From Squalus acanthias (lineage: Eukaryota): a stretch of 64,000 nt of DNA. Positions 10,940 through 22,697 of this stretch are shown piece by piece. The position numbers and the translations under genes are program-made. The stretch covers positions 129,086,001-129,150,000 of the forward strand of contig CM059432.1 of the NCBI GenBank assembly GCA_030390025.1. The letters run 5' to 3'. Numbering within the stretch: position 1 is the stretch's first letter; each line of letters opens with the position of its first letter. The notes under the pieces are model-generated. The model ran no database searches. It was not told the DNA's origin and worked only from the letters and a program-made list of their open reading frames with translations.

Positions 10940-13900
10940 GCTTCTGCTATATACCTCAGTTGAGGAAGCGCTCAGTCAAGATGGGGAGAGGGGTTTCCCA
11001 GGAGGTCACACTGGAGATGGGTCGCAGGCTCCAAACTTCCACAACAATGAGGTCCTCCAGAGCTGAGACAACAAAGTTCTGCCACCTGCAAATGATGATT
11101 GCTGAAAACTCCTTTTTAATGTTAGAGCTGCAGCTGTTAGTAAGCAATCCACTTGTGAGGCCGCCAGGATTACCTGGCGTGTTCCAGAGGAGGCGTGTAG
11201 GATGGGGGAAATGTCTAAAAATCAGAAAGGCCTCTCAAAACGGTATTATAGAATCAATTAAGTGGTTGTTAAGGGCCTTAAGGGCCTATCCTGCCTCTTG
11301 GAGATGGGATGGAAATGGGATCTGAAACCCCGATTCTAGGAAAATTGCTCGGAGGCGGGATGGAGGCAGGATCGGTCCCGCACGCCATTTTTTGCGATTT
11401 TAACACCTCACACGCCTCCAATCCCACCTCCTTGTGCCTGGCAAGGTCGAACCCTCAGTGTTTGACAGCTTCACAGAGCTCTCAAACGCTGACATTTCAT
11501 CTGTCAAACGCTCTTGACAGATGAAACGTCACTCGCTGACGTCACCAGTAACCGGCTTTCCTTTAATTGGCCTGCTAAGCCTGCTGGGCGGGTTTAAGAA
11601 AGTCAATCAAGGGAAAATAGTGTGGGTTGGCCACAAGTCAATGGAGGCGGGACTAAAACCCGACAAGTGGGAGTCCCGCCTCCAAAAGATCCCCATTGAC
11701 AAAATCCAGCCCATAGAGTCATGGAGTCATATCGGCACAGAAGGAGGCCATTCGGCCCATCGAGTCCATGCCGGCTCTCTGTAGAGCAATCCAGTCAATC
11801 CCATTCCCCCGCTCTATCCGCGTAGCCCTGCAAGTTTATTTCCCTCAAGTGCCTATCCAGTCTCCTCTTGAAAACATTGAGTGTTTCCGCTTCCACCACT
11901 TCCGTCGGCAGCGAATTCCAGGTCATCACCACTCGCTGCGTAAAAAAGTTTCCCTCACATCCCCCCTGTATTTCTTGCCCAAAACCTTAAATCTGTGTCC
12001 CCTCGTCTTTGTACCATCAACTAGTGGGAACAGCCTTTCCCCGTCTAGCCTATCCAAGCCCGTCATAATCTTGTACACCTCTATCAAATCACCCCGCAAC
12101 CTCCTTTGCTCTAATGAAAACAAATCCAGCTTCTCCAACCTGTCCTTGTAGCTAAGATCCCCCATCCCCGGAACCATTCTGGTAAATCTCCTCTGCACCC
12201 TCTCAAGTCCTTCACATCCTTCACATCCTTCCTAAAGTGTGGTGACCAGAACTGGACGCAATACTCCAGTTGTGGCCTAACCAGCACTTTAAAAAGGTTC
12301 AGTATAACTTCTCTACTTTTGTACTCAATACCTCTATTTATGAGGCCCAAGATCCCATGTGCTTTGTTAACCACTCTCTCAATATATCCCGCCACCTTCA
12401 GGGACCTATGCACATTACCTACCAGGTCCCTCTGTCCCTGCACACTGTGCCATTAAGTGTATATTGCCTCTCCCTGTTCCTTCTGCCAAAATGCATCACC
12501 TCACACTTCTCTGTATTAAATTCCATCTGCCACTTGTCTGCCCATTTGGCTAGCCTTTCTATGTCCTGTTGCAGTCGATTGGTATCATCCTCACTGTTTG
12601 CCATACCCCCAAGCTTGGTGTCATCAGCAAATTTAGAAATTCTACTCTGTATTCCAATATCCAGGTCATTTATATCTATCAAAAAAAGCAGTGGCCCCAG
12701 CACTGACCCTTGGGGAACACCACTGTCTACCATCCTCCAATCTGAAAAACAGCTATTTACCACAACTCGCTGTTTTCTGTAGTTAAGCAAATTCCTTATC
12801 CAAGCTGCCACTGACCCAGCTATTCCATGAGCCTCAATTTCGTTAACCAGCCTTCTATGTGGTACTTTGTCAAACGCCTTCTGAAAATCCATGTAGACAA
12901 AATCCATTGCATTCCCTTCATCAATCCTCCCTGTTACTTCATCAAAAAATTCAATTAGATTAGTCAAACACGATCTGCCTTTTACAAATCCGTGTTGGCT
13001 CTCCTTAATTAGCTTAATTGCTTCTACCTTTTCCACTTTTACTGATATTTTGTCAGCATCCACTTCCTCAGTAAACACCAATACAATGTACTCATTGAGT
13101 ATTCTAGCCTTGCCCTGCGCCTCTAAGCATTTATCACCTTCTTTGTCCCTAATAGGCCCCACCCTGCCTCTTACTACCCGCTAACTGTTTACATGCCAGT
13201 AGAAGATTTTTGGGTTCCCTTTTATGTTAACCGTCATTCTACTCTCATATTCTCTCTTTGCCAATCTTATTTTCATCTTCACTTCCTCTCTCAACTTATT
13301 GTAATTGGTCTGGTTCTCCCTTGAAGAATTCACCTGACATTCATCATACACCCTCTTTTTTTGTTTCATCATCTTCTCTATCTCCCTCGTCATCCAAGGA
13401 GCCCTTACCCTTCCCTCTTGTTGGAATGTACCTAGCCTGTACTTGGAACATCTCCTCCTTAAAGATCTCCCATTGTTCCGTTACAGTTTTTCCTGTCAGT
13501 CTTTGGTTCCATTTTACTCTGGCTAGTTCCTTTCGCATCCCATTGAAGTTAGCCCTATTCCAGTTTAGAAGTTCCACTCTGGATTGTTCCTTGCTCCTCT
13601 CCATTGCTAATCTAAATCTTATGATACGATGACCACTCGTACCCAAGTGTTCTCCCACGGACACTTGGTCGACCTGGCCCACCTCATTCCCCAGCACCAG
13701 ATCCAGCAATGCCTCCTTCCTAGTTGGGCCAAGAACATACTGGTCAAGGAAATTCTCCTGAACACATTTCAGAAATTCCTCCCCCTCCTTTCCCTTTACA
13801 CTAGCATTATCCCAATCGATATTTGGGTAATTAAAGTCCCCCAATATCACCACTCTATAGCTCTTGCTTATCTCTGCAATTTCCCTGCAGATTTGCTCCT

Positions 13901-14421
13901 CTACCTCCCTCTCACTATTTGGAGGCCTATAGAATATCCCCAATAGCGTGATCATACCCTTTTTGCTCCTCAACTCTAACCAAATGGATTCTGTCCTTGT
14001 CTCCTCAACAACATCCTCCTTTCCAACACTACAATGTCTTCCTTAATCAGCACTGCCACCCCACCTCCCTTTTATCCTTCCCTATCTTTTCTGAACACCT
14101 TGTACCCTTGAATAGTAAGTGCCCAGTCCTCACCGTTTTTGAGCCATGTTTCCATTATTGCCACAACATCATATTGCCACACGGCTAATTGTGCTTGTAG
14201 CTCACCAACTTTATTCACCACACTTTGTGCGTTTACGTACATGCATTCTAAACCCATTTTTGACTTTTTCGTATTCTTTCTTAGTCTGCTCCTCTCTAAT
14301 ATGGTACTACTTCCGCCTCTAATACTACTTTCTTCTCTAGTGCTATCCAACACACTCACTCTTTTATGCACCTTATTCATCTTTTCTATTCCTATATGCT
14401 GGTGCTCATCCCCCTGCCAAG

Positions 14422-15368
14422 CTAATTTAAACCCTCCCCAACAGCACTAGCAAACCTCCCCATGAGAATATTGGTCCCGGCTCTGTTGAGGTGTAACCCA
14501 TCCGGCTTGTACAGGTCCCACCTTCCCCAGAAATGATCCAAATGCCTCAGGAATCTAAAGCCCTCCCTCCTGCACCATCTCTCCAGCCACACATTCATCT
14601 GTCCTATCCTCCTATTCCTGTACTCACTAGCACGTGGCACTGGGAGTAATCCGGAGATTACTATCTTTGAGGTCCTGCTTTTTAATCTCTCTCCTAGCTC
14701 CCTATAGTCTGCCTGCAGGACCTCATCCCTCTTTCTGCCTATATCGTTGGTACCGATATGAACAACGACCTCTGACTGTTCACCCTCCCCCCTCAGAGTG
14801 TCCTGCAGCCGCTCAGTGACATCCTTGACCCTGGCACTTGGCAACATACCATCCTGGAGTCACGTCTGCGTCCTCAGAAATGCCTACCTTTTCCTCTAAC
14901 CAATGAATCCCCTATCACTATTGCTCTCCCATCCTTCTTCCTCCCCCCTTGTGTAGCTGAGCCACCCATGGTGCCTTGGCCTTGGCTCTGGCTGCTCTCC
15001 CTGGAGGAACCATCACCCTCACCAGTTTCCAGAACTGTGAACCAGTTAGCGAGCGAGATGCACTCTGGGGATTCCTGCCCTACCTGCCAGGTCCTCCTTC
15101 TCTGTCTGGTGGTCACCCATTTCCTCTCTGCCTGCACATTCTGAGGCTGCGGGGTGACCACTTCTAGAAACGTGCTTTCCAAGTATTTCTCAGCCTCACG
15201 GATGCACTGTAGTGACTCCAGCTGCCGCTCAAGCTCCGAAACCCGGAGCTCGAGTTGCTGCAGTTGGCGACACTTCCTGCACACGTGGTCGTCCAGGCTG
15301 CAAGAAGCACCCAGGATATCCCACATGGCACAGGATGTGCAATTCACAGGACTGAGCTGCCCTGCCAT
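14422..15368 (-). pseudogene. CR1-c ORF1 (Cys-rich zinc finger / coiled coil plus SGNH esterase-like domain), frameshifted
   Basis: CTSC...CRKC, LELRVSELERQL, VIGDSLVR, VHIGTNDI and DGLHLN motifs. Confidence 0.9.
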
Positions 15369-15528
15369 GCCTCTATTTCCAAGACTATGGAGTTAATTTA
15401 GCAGAAATAAACTTAAAACTTAACAAGAAACACTCAACAGCTACCCACCAATCAGCACTTCCTCTATTAGATAGGCTATGATCTACTTAGCAGAAATATA
15501 CTCAAACAGAACAAAAAAAAATCTTACC

Positions 15529-16909
15529 ACTTATTTCTCTTTTTTCCTGATGTCACATTAGTCACTGATGTCTTGTTACCTTTGCTACTCTTCCTGTCCC
15601 TTCCTGACCCACTCTGCTTATTTTTAACCCAAAACTCTACTCTGCTCTAGAGCCTTGACATTTCTCTCGCTGCTTATAAATTTACTCTTTCCTGAATCCT
15701 CCTACCCCCCCTTCATTAGTTTATAGCCCTGTCTACTGCCCTCAGTATTCGGTTCGCCAGTCACTGATCCAAGCCCGGTTTAAGTGGAGCCCATCCCAAC
15801 AGAACAGCTCCCTCTTTCTCCAGTACTGGTGCCAGTGCCCCATGAACTGAAATCCCTTCCTGCCACACCACTGTTTGAGCCATGCATTTAAACCTCTAAT
15901 CTGTTTGTCCCTAGGCCAATTTGTGCGTGGCTTAGGTAACAATCCAGAGATTTTTACCTTTGAGGTTCTGCTTTTTAATTTGGATCCTAGCTCCTCAAAC
16001 TCCCTAAGCAGAACCTCATTCCTAGTTCTAGCTATGTCATTGGTTCCTACGTGGATCACAACTGGGTCCTCCCCCTCCCACTCCAAGTTCTCCTCCAGCC
16101 ACGAGGAGATGTCTTTAGCCCTGACAACACAACCTTCGGAACTCTTGGTCGCGGCTGCAGAGAACAGTATCTATCCTCCTGACTATACTGACCCCTACCA
16201 CAACTACCTTCCCTTTCACTCCCCCCCACTTGAATGGCCTCCTGCACCATGGTACCATGGTCAGCTTGCTCATCCATCCTGCAGGCTTTTCCCTCATCCA
16301 AACAGGCAGCAAGAACCTCATACCTGTTGGACAAGGGCAAAGGCTGAGGCTCCTCCAGCACTGCAGCTGGGGTCCCCTTACCTGCCTGAGTTGCAGTCAC
16401 ACCCTCCTGTCCCTGACCACTAACCAGACCTGTACCACTACCTAACCTAAGGGGTGTGACTGCCTCCTGGATCAAAGTGTCCAGGTAACTCTCCCCATCC
16501 TGATGTCCCTACAATGTCTGCACCTCAGACTCCAGCTCAAAAACTCTGAGCTGAAGTTCCTCAAGATGCAGGCACTTACTGCAAACGTGGTTGTCCGGGA
16601 TCACAATGCTCTCCACAAACTCCCACATGCTGCAGTTGCAGCTCACCACCTGCACTGCCATCCCTATATGACCTTGTTTTATTTAATTAAATTTAATTCA
16701 ATTTGTAATTAGGTAACTTAGTTTACAGTGTAGTTTCTTGACTACTTACTTGATCTAGATTAAGTTATGGGTACTGAAATTAAATATCTACCTGTAGCAC
16801 AAAGCACTACAAGTAGTGTAGGCAAAAAGCAGCAACTCCTTCCCCCTCCGAATTCCCACTCTTTCCAAATTCCCAAATAAAACACTCTGTTTAAGTACAC
16901 TCTGGTTTT
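15529..16909 (-). mobile_element. CR1 LINE 'b', 5' part (ORF1 esterase and 5' UTR)
   Basis: VIHVGTNDI...DGLHLN, LPLSNRYEVL and a Cys-rich start near 16660. Joins 7600 across ACTTAT. Possible outer TSD AATCCT (3932-3937 / 16910-16915). Confidence 0.8.
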
Positions 16910-16915
16910 AATCCT

Positions 16916-18942
16916 GCTCTGTGCAGACCGAGAGTCAATGGAATATCATCTAGTCTGTCTGAGATGCTATCCTATAAACTTTGCAATTCACTTGACATGG
17001 ACCTTTCCAAATGGCCTCCCAACACCTGCAGACCTCCATTCAGTGCCTTCACACTGAATTGACAGACTGGCCTGAATCTCTCATGCAGCAGAGAAAGGTT
17101 TGCAGATGCACTGCAATAATGTGAAACTTTAACAGATGCTGATGCATAGCAAGGCAGTGCACACCACTGTTATCCCCGTCATCTGCCACACATCTTGGTA
17201 GAGGCCGTGTGGAATCTCCATATGTGTTTGATGTCAGCTAGCATCCTTCTTTTAATGGCAGGACCCTTGAAATAATCATCTGCATGTTCTATAGGCAGGG
17301 GCTGACATTTCTTAACTCTTCGCTCAGCTACATCAGACTTCATTTCCACGTCTGTATCCCCTAACTTCCATGTGCTCTGTGTCTTGCCACATGTCAATTC
17401 TTCATCTACGCTATCTGTAAGCCCCTCTCCCACAAGTGAATGCCTCTGAGCTGATGAGTACAAGGGAGAGGGTGAATGACGGGGACGGATGAGTTGGTGG
17501 CAGTGCTGTCAGAGTTAGAGGGAACTTCAACCTCTTGGTCACCATTATCCTTCTCTTCTGTTTCCTGGCTTCCAACCTCTGGATGAAAAAGCAATAATGT
17601 TAACTTGGGTCTGCATGACTAGCATTCCATCTTAAACAGCTACTTTCTGGATCACTTATGTGGAAATTGATAGCTGATAGAGAGATTGAAGAATACATAG
17701 AAATATATAAGAATAGGTATATATGATCATGAACCCACTGAAGGCATAATGACTCCCACAGTTAACTCCCAGCTGCCAGGCCAGATTTGATTCCAATGAC
17801 TGACCGTGCCTCTTTTTCTTGATGAATGAATGTCCAGATATCTGTTCTTTCTCTTCCAGTGGCCTGGCATTCCCTGGCATCATGTGCTGTCTTCTCTTGC
17901 AGGAGGAATGCACTGTGTTAATTAGCTGTAGCTGTCTCCAGATCCTGCGGTCACAATCTCTCAGGATTCATGGAATGCATCAGTGTGTCAGCCATGGCTC
18001 AGTTGTGGCTCAGTTGGTAGCACCCTCGCCTCTGAGTCAGAGACTTGAGCACAAAAATCTCGGCTGACACTCCAGTGTAATACTGAGGGAGTGCTGCACT
18101 GTCGGAAGTGCCGTCTTTCGGATGAGACGTTATACCGAGGCCCTGTCTGCTCTCTCAGGTGGACGTAAAAGATCCCAGGGCACCATTTCAAAGAAGAGCA
18201 GGGGAGTAATACCCGGTGTCCTGGCCAATATTTATCCCTCAATCAACATCACTAAAACAGATTATCTGGTCATTATCACATTGTTGTTTGCGGGAGCTTG
18301 CTGTGCGCAAATTGGCTGCCACGTTTCCTACATTACAACATTGACTACACTTCCAATCGTACTTCATTGGTTGTAAAGCGCTTTGGGATGTCCGGTGACG
18401 TGAAAGGCTCTATATAAATGCAAGTCTTTCTTTTTTATTCTTTATGGATGGAATTAATGGTTGGTGGAAGGATGAGAGCCTTCAATGTGTTAGCATGCAT
18501 CACAGGATGTGAGACAATTGACATGAGTGATGCCATTACAATGCTTCTGGGCAAAGAACAAGGCGCCATATCATAAAATCAAAGAATGATACAGCACAGA
18601 AGGAGGCCATTTGGCCCATCGTGCCTGTGCCCTGAAGGGTATTTCTTGAATATTAGAGCAGGAGAAATGAATTTGCCTCTCTATTTTTCAGTTAGCTTTC
18701 CTGTTATTCAGTTAGCAACTCACTTACCTTTGCTGAACTTCTGAGATCATTAAAATTATTTCAACGCTGTGAGGAGATCCCTTGGGGCTATGAGCATCCA
18801 CGCATGGCCACAGCCACTTTCTTCCAAATGGCCATTTGCTGCTGCATGTGATGGCTTCTTCCCAGTTATTCCAGCGATTGTATCCTCCTTGCTCTGAATT
18901 CTGACAGCAGCCTTGCCTTTTACCTCCCCTCGCAGCTGCCAT
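16916..18942 (-). pseudogene. Harbinger A Myb/SANT-like gene remnant (exon 1 ~18942-18728, exon 2 ~17897-17750, exon 3 from ~17580, resuming at 3931)
   Basis: NNFNDLRSSAK followed by gtaagt mirrors RFHDLLRTGK/gtgagt of Harbinger B. EKTAHDARECQATG mirrors EKRVHNKRESAMTG. Excising CR1-b gives a continuous frame LGLHRAGFKDLSVSVRPV. Confidence 0.7.
17992..18432 (+). mobile_element. tRNA-derived Deu-domain SINE (SacSINE1-like)
   Basis: A-box-like tggctcagttggta, Deu core gtgccgtctttcggatgagacgtta...aaagatccc, L2-like tail ctatataaatgcaagt followed by ctttcttt. Confidence 0.88.
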
Positions 18943-20503
18943 TGCATTCCCTCTTATCAAAGCCTGCTCACTCCATTAAATGGATTCATCCCTTTAAATG
19001 AGGAGGTTGCGCCCTGTCCCAGAATTTTCTGTCCCCTGGTGTACCTGACCTATTGCTGGCCAGGAGCGGCATTTGCCTTGCGGTTGCCCCGTGCAAAGGT
19101 TCAGTACGGGGTCCTGCATTTTACTAGACAATGATGCTAAATACTTATCACTGGATCTGCTCTTGGTCTCCTGACCGGCTCGGGTTCCCGTGCAATTGTG
19201 TGGGTTGCAAGGCCGTAACGACCTCCCGCTCCCACTTCCCCCTGCCACCCCACCCCTGCTGCTGGAAGTACTCGCACACTTGTCCCACCAACATTATGCA
19301 AATTAAATGACCCCAAGATTTCTGATGGGGTCAGCGTCCTTGGAGGTGAACTCCTGGAAGTCTTGACTCGCTCCACTGCCACCTGCACGTCGGGAAGCCA
19401 GAAACTTTGAGGCCTGGTCTGCAGAAGTAAAATAAAGTTGACAAACCAGCCATCTTTTCCTAAAGGAAAACCCGTGCCAGCTGAAGGGACAGAGGGTAAA
19501 GGGTTAAATCTGAAAATTTCTGCAGGTAGAAATTGGCCAAACTGCTGTGGGTTGTCACTCTCATTCAGTGCCTGTGCTAAAATCCTTAAAAATGCTCTTT
19601 AACTGTCTAAAAGGAGATCAGATTTCTCTGTACTTTCTGCACTTTGTCTGAGGCAATCTTTGAATTCCCACGTAGGAGCCCGAACACATCAGACGAGGTG
19701 CATTGTAAGATTTATAAGGCACTCTCGGCTGCCTCAGAGCCTTGGAGCCCTCCCTCCCAGTAGGCCCTGGATTGAACCTTCACTGATCATTCATTTCTAG
19801 TGTTGTGTGAAATAATACCCTAGGAATGCCAGGGCAGGTGAAAGTTAGCCTGCAGCTGGCGATCCAAGACCCAGCAGGTGGAACATCAAAGCCACTCATG
19901 GGCTGTAGCACAATTACTACTGTTCTGTTTCCCTGAGGTAAATCCTGTTCTAAACTGTTTCACCTTGATGTTAAAATCTTGGGAATTCCTCGCATACTTC
20001 TAAATCCATGCTATAATCTGCGACATGTACTTGTTCAGACCTTTTATCTCTATACATTACCACCCAGTGTTTGGGGTTAAAGACCCATTAAATAGTTTCC
20101 TTCTCCCAAAAGATTCTTAGTTTTTTCTTGAACATATGTTGCAGCATGCAAAAAAAAAATCCATTCTTAACTTTACTTTCAGTTGGCTGTATACAATTAT
20201 GGCAAGGATTAATGTCTCAGATTTCTCGCAACCATGTAAGATTGAGCACCATAATATTACTGGAAAGTCAATACTTTTTACAGCAACAACCTTCCCACTG
20301 TAAATATAAAAAAGATTGTACACCAAAAGGGGAAAAAGGGCAGATGAAGACGGGGAGGATTACAAAACAATCTCCAGGTTCATAGTTCATCTTTGGTTCT
20401 CACTTGAACTTTGGGACCTTTATTGACCGATTTGTTATTTTGGGCCATTACAGTGACGCAGTCCATTTGTACTGCAGTGGCCAAGGAGTGATGGCCAACT
20501 AAT

Positions 20504-21483
20504 TCATTCTTGAATTCAAATAATTTTCCTTTTTTTAAAAAATGGTTTTGTATCCTCGCTCTCCAGATGTTAATTTAAGGTACAAGTTGTTCACTAGCAA
20601 ATCCAGTTCCCTTTCTGAAGCCCTGGCTTTGTGGATTGCTTAGAACCTCCTCTACATCAATCTTTGTATCAGATTCCGATTGTCCATGTTTGTCACTGCA
20701 GTAGTCAAGAGTGTCATGTCTGGCCTCTTGTGAAACTTAACTGTGATTATACCCAATATCAACTATGCCATCAGACGGAGATGTAGCGTGTATTTAAAAG
20801 AGAAAATCAGAGTGGACTCACCCAGGGATGCAGTTGTGCAACTTGGTCCGTGCAAAGGCAGCATTGGCAAGTCTGTGAGCAGACCTGCTACCTGCTCCCT
20901 CAGCTGAAGAGTGAAGAAAGGTGCAGAAGGAACATAAAAAAGGGGAAGAAAATAAAAAGGAAATTGGGGAGCGAAAGGCCAAGTGCATATATTCAAAAAG
21001 AAGAAAAAAACACAACTAAGCAGAACTCCTTTGTGGAACAAAGGATCCCTACAGAGCTTCTTTGCAGGTGCTTGCTATTTTCAAGGTTATGTATGCAGTC
21101 TGCAAAATCTTGCAGATATTTCTAGCCAAGGGGTAGTATGCAGAAATGTGGGTGTTCTTTAAGCACACTGTTTCCCCCATAACACTAGCCTTGTACTATT
21201 TCTTTTCTGGCAACTGCTTGATGCTGCAGCAAAGGCTCATTTTGGAATTCAAATAATTTTCCTTTTAAAAAAAAATGGTTTTGTCTCCTCACTCTCCAGA
21301 TGTTAATATAAGGTACAAGTTGTTCACTAGCAAACCCAGTTCCTTTTCTGAAAACTTGGCTATATGGATTGCTTAGAAGCTCCTCCACATCAATCTTTGA
21401 ACCAGATCCTGATTCTCCATGTTTGTCACTGCAGTGGTCGAGAGTGTCACGTCTGGCCTCTTGTGAAACTTAACTGTGATTAT
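20504..21483 (+). repeat. Diverged ~245-bp direct repeat pair (20504-20750 and 21237-21483)
   Basis: Colinear match from gaattcaaataattttcc to tctggcctcttgtgaaacttaactgtgattat in both copies. Confidence 0.9.
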
Positions 21484-21902
21484 TGTTGCTGTTTTATGGT
21501 TGGGTGTCTTAACCTTCCTTCAGCAAAATCTTTCGTTATAGCAGCAGCGAGTTTTATTTTACTCTAGTGAATAATTTGATGAAGAATGTCAAGTAGAATG
21601 TTTCTCAAAACCATTCTAAAAAATCCTGCAAAAAGTGTCCTTCTGCCCATAACCTAGATAATAAGCTCTCATATCTCATATACACCCCCATATTTAAAAA
21701 AAATTAAAACCAATTCTTGAATCTTCAATGTGAATTTATGGAAATCTGACTTTCCGTAGTTACTGTCTCCATTTTTTGCCGCTACCAATCCTTGCTGACA
21801 CCATGCTATTGATACTAATATGTATCAGTCAACCAGTTAATGGATCATTAATGTCCTTTTTTAAAAATAATAATATAATGCTGACTCAGGTAAGTTATAT
21901 CT

Positions 21903-22697
21903 GAGCTGGAAGTAATTTTCCACATTGTGCTCCCGGCGTTAGTATTAGTCTCCAGTCAGCGGCGAAGGAACGACGCTCACTGTTCATCTCGCTGACAGCA
22001 ACCCACAAAGATTTGACTGGCTTTAGAGTGGAGACTTCATCGGGCATCTGTTCAAGGGCGGTGCCTTCTATACGGGTTCTGTGGCATCTGTGGACAGGAT
22101 AAGAAACGGTAAGGCTCTTCTACCAATCAGATTGTAGAATCCTCACTGAGACACGCAGAGTCCAAACCAGGAAGTATAAAACAGCAAATAATAAATTCTC
22201 TATAAATGTAGAGAAAGCAAAATAAAGATTGGGTAATACAGATGGGATTAAGGGAGAGCGATAAAAGAGACAAACAGAAAAAGTTAAAAACAAATTTTTT
22301 AAATCTGCAACCTTTTTTTGAGGGAATGAGACTCCACATTTGTAAAATTAATTTTTCAGTGTGCAGAGGTTGTTCAGCAGTAACTATCACTTATTACGCG
22401 GTTAAAAACTCACTTACTCCTGAATGCACTAGCCCTAACTTTTTCAATCCATCTTTAGTATGGAACTAGTGAGTAATTACCCCAAGTTCATGCCATTACA
22501 GTGATTTCAGTGCTGAGTCTGTTGGCGAGAACTGCAACAGCACACCCTGTGGAGGATCAGGGTATCTCTGACAGCAACTTCTGGATTTCCACGTTTAACT
22601 GCGCATGTGCGGATGCCAGATGTTGCTGTCTGTGATATCTTGTAATAACGGTGAGCGCTGATCACGTCACCATTATTATTGCAGCAAAATCCGGGCC
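21903..22697. mobile_element. Possible old Harbinger-like MITE
   Basis: Right end aaaatccgggcc resembles the other TIRs in the window; the left end is degenerate and no TSD was found. Confidence 0.35.

Larger units (their letters stand above)
7610..11712. mobile_element. Non-autonomous composite PIF/Harbinger element ('Harbinger B')
   Basis: TSD ATA (7607-7609 / 11713-11715). Imperfect TIRs ggggggaattttgcca vs gggctggattttgtca. Contains a Myb/SANT gene (+) and a transposase remnant (-). Confidence 0.88.
7601..15528 (-). mobile_element. CR1 LINE 'c', near full length (ORF1 and ORF2), nested in CR1-b, with a Harbinger element in its 3' tail
   Basis: Tail repeat (ATGACTCT)n is split between 7601-7609 and 11713-11730. 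ORF2 pieces lie at ~14380->11900 with an internal deletion near 13020; ORF1 at 15368->14422. Flanked by the direct repeat ACTTAT (7595-7600 / 15529-15534). Confidence 0.88.
543..19415. mobile_element. Old, fragmented PIF/Harbinger DNA transposon ('Harbinger A') with convergent transposase (+) and Myb/SANT (-) genes, broken up by later insertions
   Basis: Transposase remnant at 2121-3370 (+) faces Myb/SANT-gene remnants at 18942->16916 and 3931->~3640 (-). Possible degenerate TIRs: ggccctgaaattc at 543 and aaactttgaggcc near 19405-19415. No TSD recovered, so the outer limits are uncertain. Confidence 0.6.
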
